Shown piece by piece: positions 51,681 through 64,000 of a stretch of 64,000 nucleotides of DNA; within the stretch, counting starts at the first letter, position 1; each line of letters begins with the position of its first letter. Position numbers and translations under genes: made by a program. The DNA comes from Antedon mediterranea (lineage: Eukaryota; Animalia; Echinodermata): positions 7,559,812-7,623,811 of the forward strand of contig NC_092675.1 of NCBI RefSeq assembly GCF_964355755.1. The letters are read 5' to 3'. Under the pieces are notes generated by a model. It searched no databases. It saw nothing but the letters and a program-made list of their open reading frames with translations, and was not told the origin of the DNA.

Positions 51681-52266
51681 GCTATGATTAGGCCTATATA
51701 TTTTGATTTACACTTTTACACACAAGAAAACAAAAATTACACGACCAAAAGAAACCAATCGGTTTGTAACTCATAAATATGGTATCTCTTTACATCCGAT
51801 ATGACTGCCAATCGATAATGGTTTGACTTGTTAAGTGTAATAATAAAAACCGAATAAAAACCGACATTTATTGACGCTAAAACAGACTGTCCATGTATAT
51901 ACCAGATGGGGTTAGTTCAGTAAGGACACACTACACATTTACACTCATTAGTGGTATACTTGACTCCCCATTAAGATATTTGTTAATAACGGCCCAGGTG
52001 TTTTATAAGTTAACATAAATTTGGAAACACTTCATATTTTTTAAATAGCCAGGTGTTCGGCACATAAGGACATCATTTATATTTTTAATATAGCTTGATC
52101 TAATGCCTCTGATCCTCCGCAACTTTTCAGGTATTTTGCTAATTATAACCGGAGTTCGTCCAAAACAACAACGTGTAAAGTAGGCCTACATTTATATTGA
52201 AAAGGTGGATAATTAATGACGGCTGTCTCGTTACGTCACCCAACTCATCGCTAAGCATAGGCCTAC

Positions 52267-52371
52267 AAGCTTGGTTCGCTCGTTGACGCAATACGACGAC
52301 GTAGGCGCAACGCAAGTTAGTTCACCAATCCAAAGACGTCCTTTGGTTGCGTCAATATGTGAACCAAGCTA
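52267..52371. mobile_element. MITE family A-related short copy
   Basis: AGCTTGGTTC...GAACCAAGCT termini. Confidence 0.6.
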
Positions 52372-53949
52372 TATTATTTCGTTATTAACAGCATGCACAA
52401 GTTAACATTAATTATAGTTTATTCATTAAATTAATAAGAAAGGCATCTTTTGGAATAACTTTATTGATATTAGGTGATGTAAAGTGAATAATTGATACTT
52501 GACAATGACTGTTTGAAATGCCACCGACAGACTAGCCTTTTTTTGTCAAAAGCTAATTGATTAACACCGTTTGACACTAAGCTTTGTCACAATACAAGCC
52601 TAAGATTTAGGAAACCCGGTTTTAAACCATTCAACTACCGGAATAAACTACTTTTGTTCCACATCAATACAGCCGCTGTTAGATTAGCGTACGCTCTTCA
52701 GAAAATTGTCATAAGTTTCTACACATTTTTCTGTATTAAAAGCCCTAACTTGAAGAAATGGTGTTACGCAATAAATGACCCAACGTCGACCTGAATTTAC
52801 CTTCCGGTCGCAGTGAATTGTATACAACACAACCACATGTTTGATTGAAATGTTAATTGCCTGATAATAAATAAATAATTAACAAATTATTTGATACTGT
52901 GCCTAAACCCCGGGTTGGTTATACCACCAAATAAACAATAAAACCATTAGTTAGGCCTACATTCCTGAAGGGTGGACCCACGGTAAGAACTGAACTCAAT
53001 GTTAGAACTCAACCAAATCAATGAGCGAGGGCCTACAAATTGCAGGGGGATTGCAGGGGGGTTTGCAGTTTCCGGGGGGGGGGGGGGGGTTGCAGGGTAC
53101 TGTAGGCCTATGAATAAGCTCAAAGCTCATCGTGTATAAACGGACAATGAGGGCCAGCGATGTAGACCTAGTAAAAAGCATTTTAGAATTACTTGGCCTA
53201 CATAATGTAGTCTGGGTACAGGCTCGATACAAACAACCCCCACAGTGTTCATATTGTTTCCGAACTATAATGAAATGAGTGACGATTTACCTTTCGTACT
53301 GCACTTTCAAGTTGAACGTTGGATGACCCACAGAACGGAAATAATGACACTCAATGGAATGTGTAAGGGATATAAAGGTTTAAAACACTAAATAGGAAAA
53401 ATTAATTTATAAATTAAACTATTTAGTAGGTAACTAGGGAACACGGTATGCTCAGATTTGTAAAAATATAGAAAATGTATGTTTTCTATTACATACAATA
53501 GATTGATTGTTCAATAAGATATATACGGTAACGTTTATCTATATAGATAGATATCATATAATAACAATAATTCACATATCTTCTCTAATGGTTATGGTTT
53601 ATTAAGTGTTCTTTAGTCGTATATTTACCATTTACAAATATCAAGGAAAAGGCACATTTAAAGTTTAATATAGGCTAAGTGAAAAACACACGTTTAAGAC
53701 ATTGATCAAATCTATGAAATGAAGATGGCAGTACACTAGAATACGGGAAAATATTAAACACATCGAGGCACATGGCATCAAGATCTGGAGAAGGAAGACG
53801 AGTACGGACGATGGAGAGGAGATATCTGGTGCCTTCGAATTGGTCAATGCAAAGAAGAAGAAATAGAAATGCTTAAGGAGGGTTACATTCATCTTTTATG
53901 TGATTGTGAAATCCTAGATAAATATATTGTTAGTTAAATAATTAGATCA

Positions 53950-54860
53950 TAAACATAACACATGCTGATAATATGAGGATGCATGTAAGCTCCTGGTCAC
54001 AAGAAGAACTGCAAACCATTGTGAACATCTTGAATAAAGTTTGTCTGGAATTTGGTCTAAGAATTAGTGCCCCCAAAACAGAAACCATTATATGGAACTG
54101 GAAAGAGGAAGTTGAAGAATACCCAAGATGCATCATACAAATTGGCGGCGTACACATTAACAACGTAACACACTTTAGATACCTTGGTGTATGGGCTACC
54201 TACAATGATGTTCATATTGGAGATCAAGAAGTAAAATACAGAATCAATTCAGCCAAAGGAGCATTTGCAGAGAATAGGGCATTGCTTACCAACAGAACGA
54301 TCCACCTGCAAACAAGAATGATGTTTCTTAATGGTCTAGTTAGGAGTAGACTCACCTATGGTTGCCATGCTTGGAGGGCAACAGGAAGTGAAATGTCCAA
54401 ACTTAGCACAACATACAAAACCTTCCTAAGAAGAATGCTAGTGAATGGCTTTCAAAGAGTCTGCCCACCAAACCATGTAGACATATCCTCAGATGAAGAA
54501 ACAGATGAAAACTATATAGACTGGCGTTACGTAATTGATAATGACGATCTCTACAAAATTACTGGCTGTCAACCGCTAGAAGAATATGTCTACAAGCAAC
54601 AATTCAACTGGATCGGACATGTAATTAGAAAAGAAAATGAAAATCCTACAAAAATTCTTACTTTTCACACAACACAAAGTAAACGAAGAGGTCGGAAGAT
54701 ACCATCAGTACTTGATAGAGTTGTACAACAAAGTCAACTTACTAGATGCAACTTCATTAGAGCCTGCTTCAACAGAAATTTATAATTCCCAGCAATGTTT
54801 TAACTGTATATATGAACTGTTTTATAAGTTGTTTTGTGACTGTGTAATTTGGTAGTAGTC
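53950..54860 (+). mobile_element. 5'-truncated RTE-like LINE, reverse transcriptase C-terminal half (ORF 53973-54785)
   Basis: Decayed YADD (HADNM), GLRISAPKTE, FRYLG, EVKYRINSAKGAF, LTYGCHAW, WIGHVIR and RGR motifs. Confidence 0.88.
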
Positions 54861-57800
54861 ACTCTCATACTGTAGGCCTACATTTAAAAGTAACACATCC
54901 AAATGCCAACTTCAAGTCAATGGCTACCAGATGTCTCTGTGAGACGGTTATTTGAACCAGTACCAGTACCAGTACCAGTAGACTTGCGTGAAATACCGGT
55001 AGGCCTGCTTATTGTTCAAACTGGACATTATCGTAGAAACCACTTACTGCATTTGTCACAAATTCTCTTAGGCTCCAGGCCCCGGGCATCAGACCTGGTA
55101 GGCGTACTTCATTATTGAATATGAGTTATTTTAAAACAATGAATCACTCCATCTTCACGAATTAACTCTATATTAATAATGTTTCATTATTGTGGTAACA
55201 GACCTATTATTAACTGTAATTACAGCAAGGTATACATTTCACAATGTCGCAATGTGCGATGCATTGTAGCACTATAACACTTTAAAATACCATACGTAAG
55301 TGTAATTTCTACATAGTTTACAAGTTTTACTTTGTTTAACGTCACAATAAAAGGAATGTTGGAATAAAAGAACCTTAAATATGATAAAAACCTGTCTAGG
55401 CTAGTCTGTCAGAGTTACGGCTCAATACAATACGACAATAGAGCGTAGGATACGATTAACAAGTATAAAGATTAAACTATTTTAAACTGTTCAATATTAG
55501 CGCTTTCTCTTAGCATTAAAGTACCCACGGTTAATGACATGCCCTGGATACAGACGAAAAATCATCGCATAAGTCTATAAAAAATATAAACTTGTATTAT
55601 GAAGTTAATACAAAACTGAAAACAGTCATTCCATAAAGTATAATAAATAGGCCTATGTCACAAGAAGTACTGTACTGTATACAGTGTTATCCCGGCCCTC
55701 GGGCTAGGGTGGGTCAGAATAAAAAGCTTTATATTCATAGGTCAGTCTGCAAGAGCACGAATACTAAGCGTAGGTACGTATATTAATGTATCTCATGTGT
55801 TTAGGTCCATAATTCACACGTGTTTTCATTCTCGACGCAAATAAACGAAGTACCCAGAATCAAGCATGTATTTTAAAATCTACTCATTAGTTAACTTTAC
55901 TTGCCGAGAGGGGGCGCATGCTAATTCTAGGTACAGTACTTGGGTACCAGTGGCCATATTCATCTATCATACAGTAGGCCTACTTTGTATTTCAAAGGAA
56001 AATAACTTACTTTAAATAATGTGCAATAAATATATAAGGATTTAAATGTCATTTATATGCCACTTATAGGAGAATGTTTCCCTTAGCCTAGGTGTGAATG
56101 GAGTATACTGAAACGATACTCGTTTTTTTTGTATTCTCCAAAAGCATGTGATGTGTCGAACAATTTTGTTTACAAAAAACAACCACATGCCGCATACAAA
56201 AAGGCGTTGTCATATTTTACAATTTGACATTAGGCCACAGGTTACGGTCAACGATTATATATTTCGTCGAAAAAAAAGTTTTTTTCTGATGATTTTCTTT
56301 CCGCCTGTCCCCACTGATGCCTCAGGTTTTGGCACAATTCACACAATTTCCGTAAATACTTGCCCTACCTTAATCTAATTATTAAAATGTATAGAAACAA
56401 TACATTTTTACATTGTAAAAAGAACAATTAAACCCACAAATATTTAAACACCCACAACAGACCACAAAATAGGAGGGAACACGAACACGCAGGTACACGA
56501 AAGACCCGGCCTGCTTTTACACCCGCACTCCAATAATGATATTAGTTTATCATGTAGGCCTATAACACTAAAGAGACGTATCATTTGGGAATTTTCATCA
56601 AAACCATACAGTAACAGAATGCCTATGAGTAAACCCACTAGACCTAAAAAAGTTACCGTATTTCATGCTTTTAAAAAATAATTGAAAAGAATTTCACATC
56701 TGAAGTCGAGGCGAGTGTGGCCGAGAAGTGAAAGACAAGGCACTGTGGTTCAAGACACACAGTCCTGATGGATGGTAGAACAAGCCCTCGTTGATATCTG
56801 GACTACATTTTTCTTGTGACACCTTAAAAAAAGAGCGGAGGTTGACAGCTTTTGAGAGGGTTACTCAATCTGTCTACAAGTGTTTTCTGTTTACTACACT
56901 AATCTTTAGTGTTCACTTGAATTTCATTCTATTTCCTAGATAACTGGCCAGACTTTGTGAAGAGCGGCACCGACCGGAAACGTGTTAAACCACGAGTATT
57001 TCTTCCAATTTTAGTTGTCAATATTTGACATATGTCATTTTAACAGAATTCTAATATATTGCTTTTAATACGCCCTGATTAATAAAGATATTTATTACTA
57101 ATTACTTGGTATTTGGTTATGGTATTTTTAATTGTCTGGTAGGATAGGTTTGCTCCGTGACCACCAGATGCCACGAGCGTGAGTATGACGGATGGTCTCA
57201 TCAACCACAATTTCTTGGCAGCAGAAACAGGACAAATTTTCAATAAAAGTTATTTTAACCACATTTATTGAAAATTTGTTTTGATTTTGAAAACACTTAA
57301 AAGTGTTATCAAACGCCATTTAACCGGTTATCGTCGTGCAACTTGAGATCTCGGACTAGAAAGATGACTATTAAAAGAATAATTTTAACTTTATGTTTGT
57401 ACGTTTATATAATTTTGTATTCTATTTGTTTTTAAGAGGGCTCCTTCAAATCAGCTGTTAAAGCTACCCTTGTAAAACAAAGTTGAATAAATGAATAAAA
57501 TACGTTAAATATAAAAGAAAGGGCCGAAAGTAGGTACACTATATAACACAGACACATCATCATCAGGTACAAACATTACACAATCATTCTTATTCATAGG
57601 CGCGCGAAATTATGATTAAGATTCCAGTTTGATGGTCTACAGTTCAATGAACTAACAGAATTAACTTACATATTGTGAGGCACTGTCACTGTAGTTATAA
57701 TCTACGTTAGCGTTATACATTCAAATTGTTGTCTGGCAGCAGCCTACACACGTAATAACATCAGAAACACATGGTACAGTATTTGCAAATGACATACCTG

Positions 57801-58982
57801 TGACGTAACTTATTAAATAGAAAAAAACATGCACCGAAACGAACAGCGCCATCAGCACCTGAAACATAAAATTTTGATTTGACAGAGAAGAGAATCATCA
57901 TTTAGGCCTATCGACGCACGCCACATAAAGTTCTATAAACAATATCAAGTCTATTAGGTCCGGTTATATAATATATAACCTTGACTCACATTATTATAGA
58001 AGGTATTATTATTTTATCCATCTGGCGCCGCGGTTATAAAATCCGTGTTATAATTCTTAAAAATTGCTATAAAATTTACAATGCACCACATGTTTTAGAA
58101 TGGAAAAAGATCAGGGGATGTCTTTAGGCAGCAGATGGGAACAGAAATGGCTCATTTGGTGGTTTGAGTGGAATTTAAGCAGGGCTTTTAAAGCCCACGT
58201 TAATCCAAGGAAGTAGGCCTATTTGTTTGTTCTTTGTTTTTTTTGTTTTGTTTTGTGACAGATCCAGAGAGAGTGATAGGCCAGCTAATATTATTATTTT
58301 ACAACTCTCTGGATAGGCCTACTCCCAACTGAAGAATAATTATTAAACTATTTATCACACTTTTAGCTATACAATAGATGGGTTTGGAATATAAAGGGAA
58401 GAATTGAGGGCAGCAGACGGAAAGCGTGCTCTAAAATCTGATAAAAGTGATATTAACCAAACAATGCAGTCATTGACCAAAATATACAATATTTGTAAAT
58501 AAACAATAAATAATTTGTAAAATAAGCATTTTCTGTTAAAAATAACAGTGTGAATATTTCCATAGCAGAATATCTCAAATGCTTTCTCGACATGAGTCCA
58601 CCTCGATATCTATTATTTAAAGTTCAGTAAATAGAATTCATCTCGTTAACTCGTTGTATTTGTATAGGCTTATGGTTGGTTTCATTGACATCATAATATT
58701 TATTTATTTAATATTGACAAATAATGCGTAATAAAAACAACTTCATTTTCTATTGGTTTTAATATTTGGGGTTTGAATATAACCTTGAGGGTGTTACTTT
58801 TGAAATGCTGTAAGCATAAGTTTGAAAAGCATGGACCGAACTACTTAGGCAGACAATCGAAAACATTCCAACGTGACGAATGTTCACACCCTAAATGTAG
58901 CACCAAAACTGTGACAAATAGTCTCGTATTGTACTGTATAACCTAATCAATAAACTGCAAATAATCAAATTACTTTTTATAA

Positions 58983-59097
58983 AGCTTGGTTCCCATTAGA
59001 ACAAAATCGCAACGTAACCAATGCAACATAAAACGTTGTTCGGTTTCCACAACGACAAGTTGTTGCTTCGTTACATTTTTCTAGTGGGAACCAAGCT
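58983..59097. mobile_element. MITE family A short copy
   Basis: AGCTTGGTTCCCATTAGAA...TTCTAGTGGGAACCAAGCT. Confidence 0.78.
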
Positions 59098-61339
59098 TTA
59101 AAGGAAGGTTTAACATGTGATCGTCCAGTCAATCTAATGATATACCCACCACAAATTGCAATAGTAACAAAGTAAGTATTTTTGAATTCCATATAAAGTG
59201 TAGAACGACATACTAAAAGTCACCGAAAATCCAAGCATTGGGTCAAGGGGTCAGAGGTCAATAAAGGTCATTTTAAGTCAAAATTAATATGCCCCATTAA
59301 TTACATATATTTAACCATTTGAAATACATTATATACAAGTGTGATTTATGTCATCCGAAAGCTTATTAAATTTCCTATTCAGTGATATCAAACTTATAGT
59401 CATAACATTTTATTTAGCATGTCATTTTTGCGGAAAAACACAACATAATGTGTCAATTTTGGCTAAAAATGTTGTTTTCGCTGTAAACAACAATGGTATA
59501 CACACAGGGATACCCTGGGGTGAACATTTCAGTCCAAAGCGATACACATGACCAGCTCAAGATGCAGATGAGTTCCTGTTCCTTCCTGTTGCTTCTGAAT
59601 GATCTACATTCCATTTTTTTCCAGATGGCATTTGTGTTGCCATGGTTACAGTATTTATATTGGGATGTGTAAGTATTTTAACGATTTTTTAACCAGTAGA
59701 AATACAAAGATGTTCAACAGCCGTTTGACAATGACCTCCATGTTGTATGACGTTCGGACCATCTGGGCTGGATTGTCAACAGACCTGGTGATTGAAAAGG
59801 TTTCTATGAAAAGCCTCAAAGAAAACCAGAGGTTTGACAAGAGATTTAGGAATGAGTACATCCAGACCAAATCTGCGTTGAATGTAATGCCTCGCAATAG
59901 TATCAGGGCGTTACTCCAGCAGCGGCCAACATAAGAACTTTGGCCACACGTCAGGAACACAATGCAATTGAAAAATCCATTTGGTTACGACTCAGAGACT
60001 TCATACCATTGACACGGGAGTTACTGCAGGTGACTCGGAATATTGGCAATGTGGTATTAAGCATTGAATATTTTGGACGGATGTTAGGCCAGAAAGTCTT
60101 GCAATGTATTCAAGATCCTGGCAATAAAGTACATACAGGCAAATATGTGTGCATCGATCCTACAGTTCCAGAGGAGACTCGAGGTGACAACAAGGAAGTT
60201 TTTGAACATGAACTTTGTTATCCACCAGCACTTTTTGAAACAACCAACTTACAATACTTTCAGCTAATAAACCAACATGATGCCATGTGGAAACAATGAA
60301 TAGTCTAACACATCCAACTCACTGAATGATGTCCGATAGGCCTACATTCTAGATGGTAGTGCTCTACTGCACAGCATTCCATGGAATAGTGTAGAGACTT
60401 GATGCGATCTGCCATCATAGTCTTTGATGATTATGAAAGCGGCTCATCCACCAAAGATGGCGCACATGGTAAGGCGGGTCAGGTGGTAGTATCCCTGTAC
60501 ATTTTACCAGTGACATGTTCCACAAAATAGGATCACTTTCTGTAACAAACGACAATTTATAAATCTTCGTAATTAGTACCGGTACTTGAACAAAATGGCA
60601 ATGAGTGAATGCAGCTGCTGATGCAGATGTTATTTCGGATAGTACAAAAAACCATTGAATCAGCAAACAGGAAAACATCTGTCATTATCCGATGACACGG
60701 ATCTATCTAGTGCTCCTCTGCAATCAAGCATTTAAAACATCTTGTGATATTCTTTAGACTGGAGCTGAGATGCTGGACTATCAAACTGGTTCAAACAGTA
60801 CATTTGAGAGACATCTGTGATAACCTTCTGTTTGCTCATGCGATACTGGTGACAAAACATACAGAGTTTTCGGAATTGGAAAACAAGTGGCTCTAAAAAA
60901 AGCTTGTCATTGCACTTATTTCTGACATTATGCTGTAGTCTTCAGATGCAAACAAGCTACAAAGGATGAGAAAATGATTTAGTGTGTCTGTACAATAGAC
61001 GACCTGAAGAACGTGGAATGTCTTTGACTCCATCCCATCTACAAGTACAACCTTGCATATATAACTTCATAATCGTACCACAACCAAGGTACATAACATC
61101 ATGTTCAAGTTCAAGTTATCTTTTAGCAATGGAGTGGGGTTGATATGTGTACCGAAGATTGGGGATGGAAGATCAGATGATGGAAACATGGTTCCTCTAC
61201 ACACAGACTTAAAGCCAGCACCTGAGTATCTCCTTGAAGCCTTCAGGGGTAACTATAACTACATGTGGTGAATGCAACGGCATTGCACTGTACTGATACC
61301 CGAACAAGAAAGTGATACTGATGACATAGTTGTGAGTCC

Positions 61340-62213
61340 TTTTCTATTTGAAGGATTAAACAATATCATCCCACACGGGGCAATTCAAATAAAAAGGTCT
61401 GGATTAAAATGATCTTACAAAATATACAAAAATATCACAATACACAGTACAATATAACAAGAGTCAAAGTTCAAGAATTTAAGAGTCGGGTGGCAACTGG
61501 CAAAACAGAATTTCTTTTACGGTGTGTTCTACATGCCAGGCATCGAAAGCGACGCCCATGAGGCATGAGCTCGAAATCACTGAACAAGGCATGGTTAACA
61601 TTTTTTAGAATAGCTCTACTTTTTTCTAGAGTTTGCATGTCACAGAAGGAAGATAAGCTACGAAGTTGACAACCTATTAATTTAGAACTTAAATTAACAA
61701 TTCTTTGTAGTGAGTTTCTCTTTTTGACCCTAAGACTAAAAAACCAGCATATAAAGTAAAACAGTTAAAACGTTCTCAATAAAGGAATTATAAAAAACCC
61801 TGAGAATTACTTTATCGACATTAAAATGGTTCAGCTTCCTTAACAGATAAAGTCTCTGGTGCCCTTTCTCTATTGCCTCTGTATTTAATTCCCAGCTGAG
61901 ATTGTCCTAGGTATTTAAAGGAATGGACAATTTTGCTGGTTCGTCATTTATGAGGGCTACCAGAGGGCTGCGTCCTTTCTCCTTCCTAAAATCTACAATC
62001 ATCTCCTTGGTTTTGGTCACATTGACTTCCATCTAATGCGGAACCATGGCCGTCCTGTGAATTTTTAAGGAGAGACAGCAAGACAGTGTCGTCAGCAAAT
62101 TTGACAAGATGACTATTGTCCTGTTTGCTGCGACAGTCATCCGTGTATATAATATACAGGAGAGGAGAGAGGACGCAACCCTGGGGAGATCCAATACTTG
62201 TCATTACGTACAT
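61340..62213 (-). mobile_element. 5'-truncated Rex1/Babar-like LINE fragment inserted in the Academ element
   Basis: GSPQGCVLSPLLYIIYTDDC...LVKFADDT, FKYLG, and C-terminal GRRFRC...NSVLPVATRLLN; frameshifted. Confidence 0.8.
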
Positions 62214-62339
62214 TCGTTGATACTAAAATCATCAAAAATCTATCTATAGTAGGCCTAAATCATGAGTTGATTCCGAATTATCAAGACTCATTAATTAATC
62301 AGCAATAGTACATACCGCTAATGAATTCCAATGTTCTTC

Positions 62340-63240
62340 TAGCTAGCATCATTTTTCCTATTTCATGACGATACAATAGGTACAGGAAAAACATTATTTG
62401 CACCAAATACTTCCAATATATAAATAAACATAATTTAGTTTTACGCTATTTTAAGAAAATTTGAGTTTTCGTAAAAGGTCACTGACCTCTATAGTTACAT
62501 AACAACTGTTGTATCAATTAGTTTTAGAGTAAGAAATACATATTATACACATTTGTAGTTATTTAGATTTTATTGGCAGGCATAAATGTTACCTCTAAAC
62601 ACAAGTTTCATCAAATGCATCGGCAATTATGGAATAAGACATTGCAGTTAATAATTTTGTTAGGAAAAATTTGAGTTTTTGTAAAAGGTCAATGACCTTT
62701 TGACCTCTAGTTACGTATAACTGTTGTATTAATTGTTTTTTTAATGTATATTAGTAGGATATATATACTATACACATTGGTACTAAAGCTAATTAGATAT
62801 GGTTATAAAACAATGGATTATAGGCATAAACGCTACCCCCTACCACAAAATTGTTTACATTACATTTGATCAAGAATCAATTTCAATAAGAATAGTACAT
62901 CATTACTTTAAAAAATTCTTCTAGTTAACATCATGTTTCCTATTCTATATATCGATAGGTACAGAAAAAACACAATTTTGATTAAATGCATCCACAATTA
63001 TGGCATACGATATTACAGTTAATCATTTTTTTTATGGAAAAAAATGAGTTTTTGTAAAAGGTCAATAACCTTTTGACCTCTAGTTATATAAATAGGTGTT
63101 GTATTTTGGTTTTTTAAATTGCATATTAGAAAGACATATATATTCTACACATTGATATCAAGATTATTGAGATTGGATTATAAAACCACAAGTTATGGGC
63201 ATAAATGTTACCCCCTACCCCAAAAATATTTACGGAATAA
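62340..63240. repeat. Three diverged subterminal repeats of the Academ element
   Basis: GAGTTTTnGTAAAAGGTCA..GACCTCTA at about 62463, 62673 and 63046, each followed by GGCATAAA(T/C)G(T/C)TACC. Confidence 0.75.
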
Positions 63241-63585
63241 AATCGCTATATAGTTGTTGAGATTACGTAAAAAATAAAGTGTTCCAATGCTTCAATTTTC
63301 GGTGACTTTTAATATGTCATTATAAACTACATTTGGAATGAAAAAATCAATGTTTCGTTACTATTGCAATTTGTGGTGGGTTTACCTCTAAATATCACTA
63401 GATTGACTGGACTAAACGTACTATTGTAGATATAACCCCACCGCTATTTAATAAAACAAACGAGGGCTATAACGTGTTAACACTGGCCAACCCTTTATTC
63501 AGAGGGAACAACCAATTTAGGGGAAGCATTGTTTTGTCCCAAAGGAAAGTCAGGTGCGTTGTGTAGAAAATGTAGTCATTTTTAA

Positions 63586-63973
63586 AGCTTTGTTCCCACA
63601 GGATACAAACGCAATCACGTAACGCAACATGTTGACCATTTAAGCTTGGTTCCCACTAGAACGTAACGCAAGGACGTAAACGCAACGCAAGCGTTTTAAC
63701 CAATGACAAGCGAAGTTGGTTCCCACTAGAACGTAACGCAAGGACGTAAACGCAACGCAAGCGTTTTAACCAATGATAAGCGAAGTTATCACAAGCGAAT
63801 AAGCCATCGCTTGTGATTGGTCTATTCACTTGCGTTGCGTTACGTCCTTATGTTGCGTCGCTAGTGGGAACCACGCTTTAGCAATCACAAGCGAATAAGC
63901 CATCACTTGTGATTGGTCTTTTCACTTGCGTTGCGTTACGTCCTTGTGTTGTGTTGCCAGTGGGAACCACGCT
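63586..63973. mobile_element. MITE family A nested in itself (inner 63643-63877, TTA target duplication, internal 70-bp duplication)
   Basis: TTA-AGCTTGGTTCCCACTAG...GGGAACCACGCT-TTA inside an older copy. Confidence 0.85.
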
Positions 63974-64000
63974 TTACAAGCGAAAGTTTGAATAATCCAA

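Larger units (their letters stand above)
59121..63414 (+). mobile_element. Decayed AcademX-type DNA transposon (long TIRs, XPG-like nuclease pseudo-ORF)
   Basis: About 110-bp imperfect TIRs (GTCCAGTCAATCTA..CCCACCACAAATTGCAATAGTAAC..AAAAGTCACCGAAAAT), right end ...GGACTA. Frameshifted motifs WAGLSTDLVIE, FEHEL..PPALFE, ILDGSALLHSIPW, VFDDY, DADV, DDTDL, LLFAHA, GIGK, EDWGWK, PAPEYLL. Confidence 0.75.

Overview
AT-rich (about one third GC by eye) eukaryotic, intron-rich animal DNA. The DeuSINE, Harbinger and Academ repeat content suggests an invertebrate deuterostome such as an echinoderm (inference). Most ORFs in the supplied track are spurious; the real genes are spliced. (1) The 3' half of TMEM175 (lysosomal K+/H+ channel) lies on the + strand as eight small exons at 453-11880; the last exon was not securely found. 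(2) Converging on it from the - strand are two tandem paralogous 5-exon genes (16597-18599 and 22282-25126). Each encodes a signal-peptide-less, Thr-rich, single-EGF, single-TM protein ending in TQV, with the ErbB-ligand intron position between Cys4 and Cys5. (3) Upstream lie phase-compatible candidate alternative first exons, including one encoding a signal peptide plus an NRG2/Vein/agrin-NtA-like domain (32922-33339). This suggests an Ig-less neuregulin-like locus with several promoters. The rest is transposon debris: a 5S-derived SINE, tRNA-DeuSINEs, Harbinger and Kolobok MITEs (some self-nested), L1/Tx1, RTE and Rex1 LINE fragments, a decayed AcademX element and tandem repeats. The octamer TAGGCCTA is strongly over-represented and looks like a transposon excision footprint.
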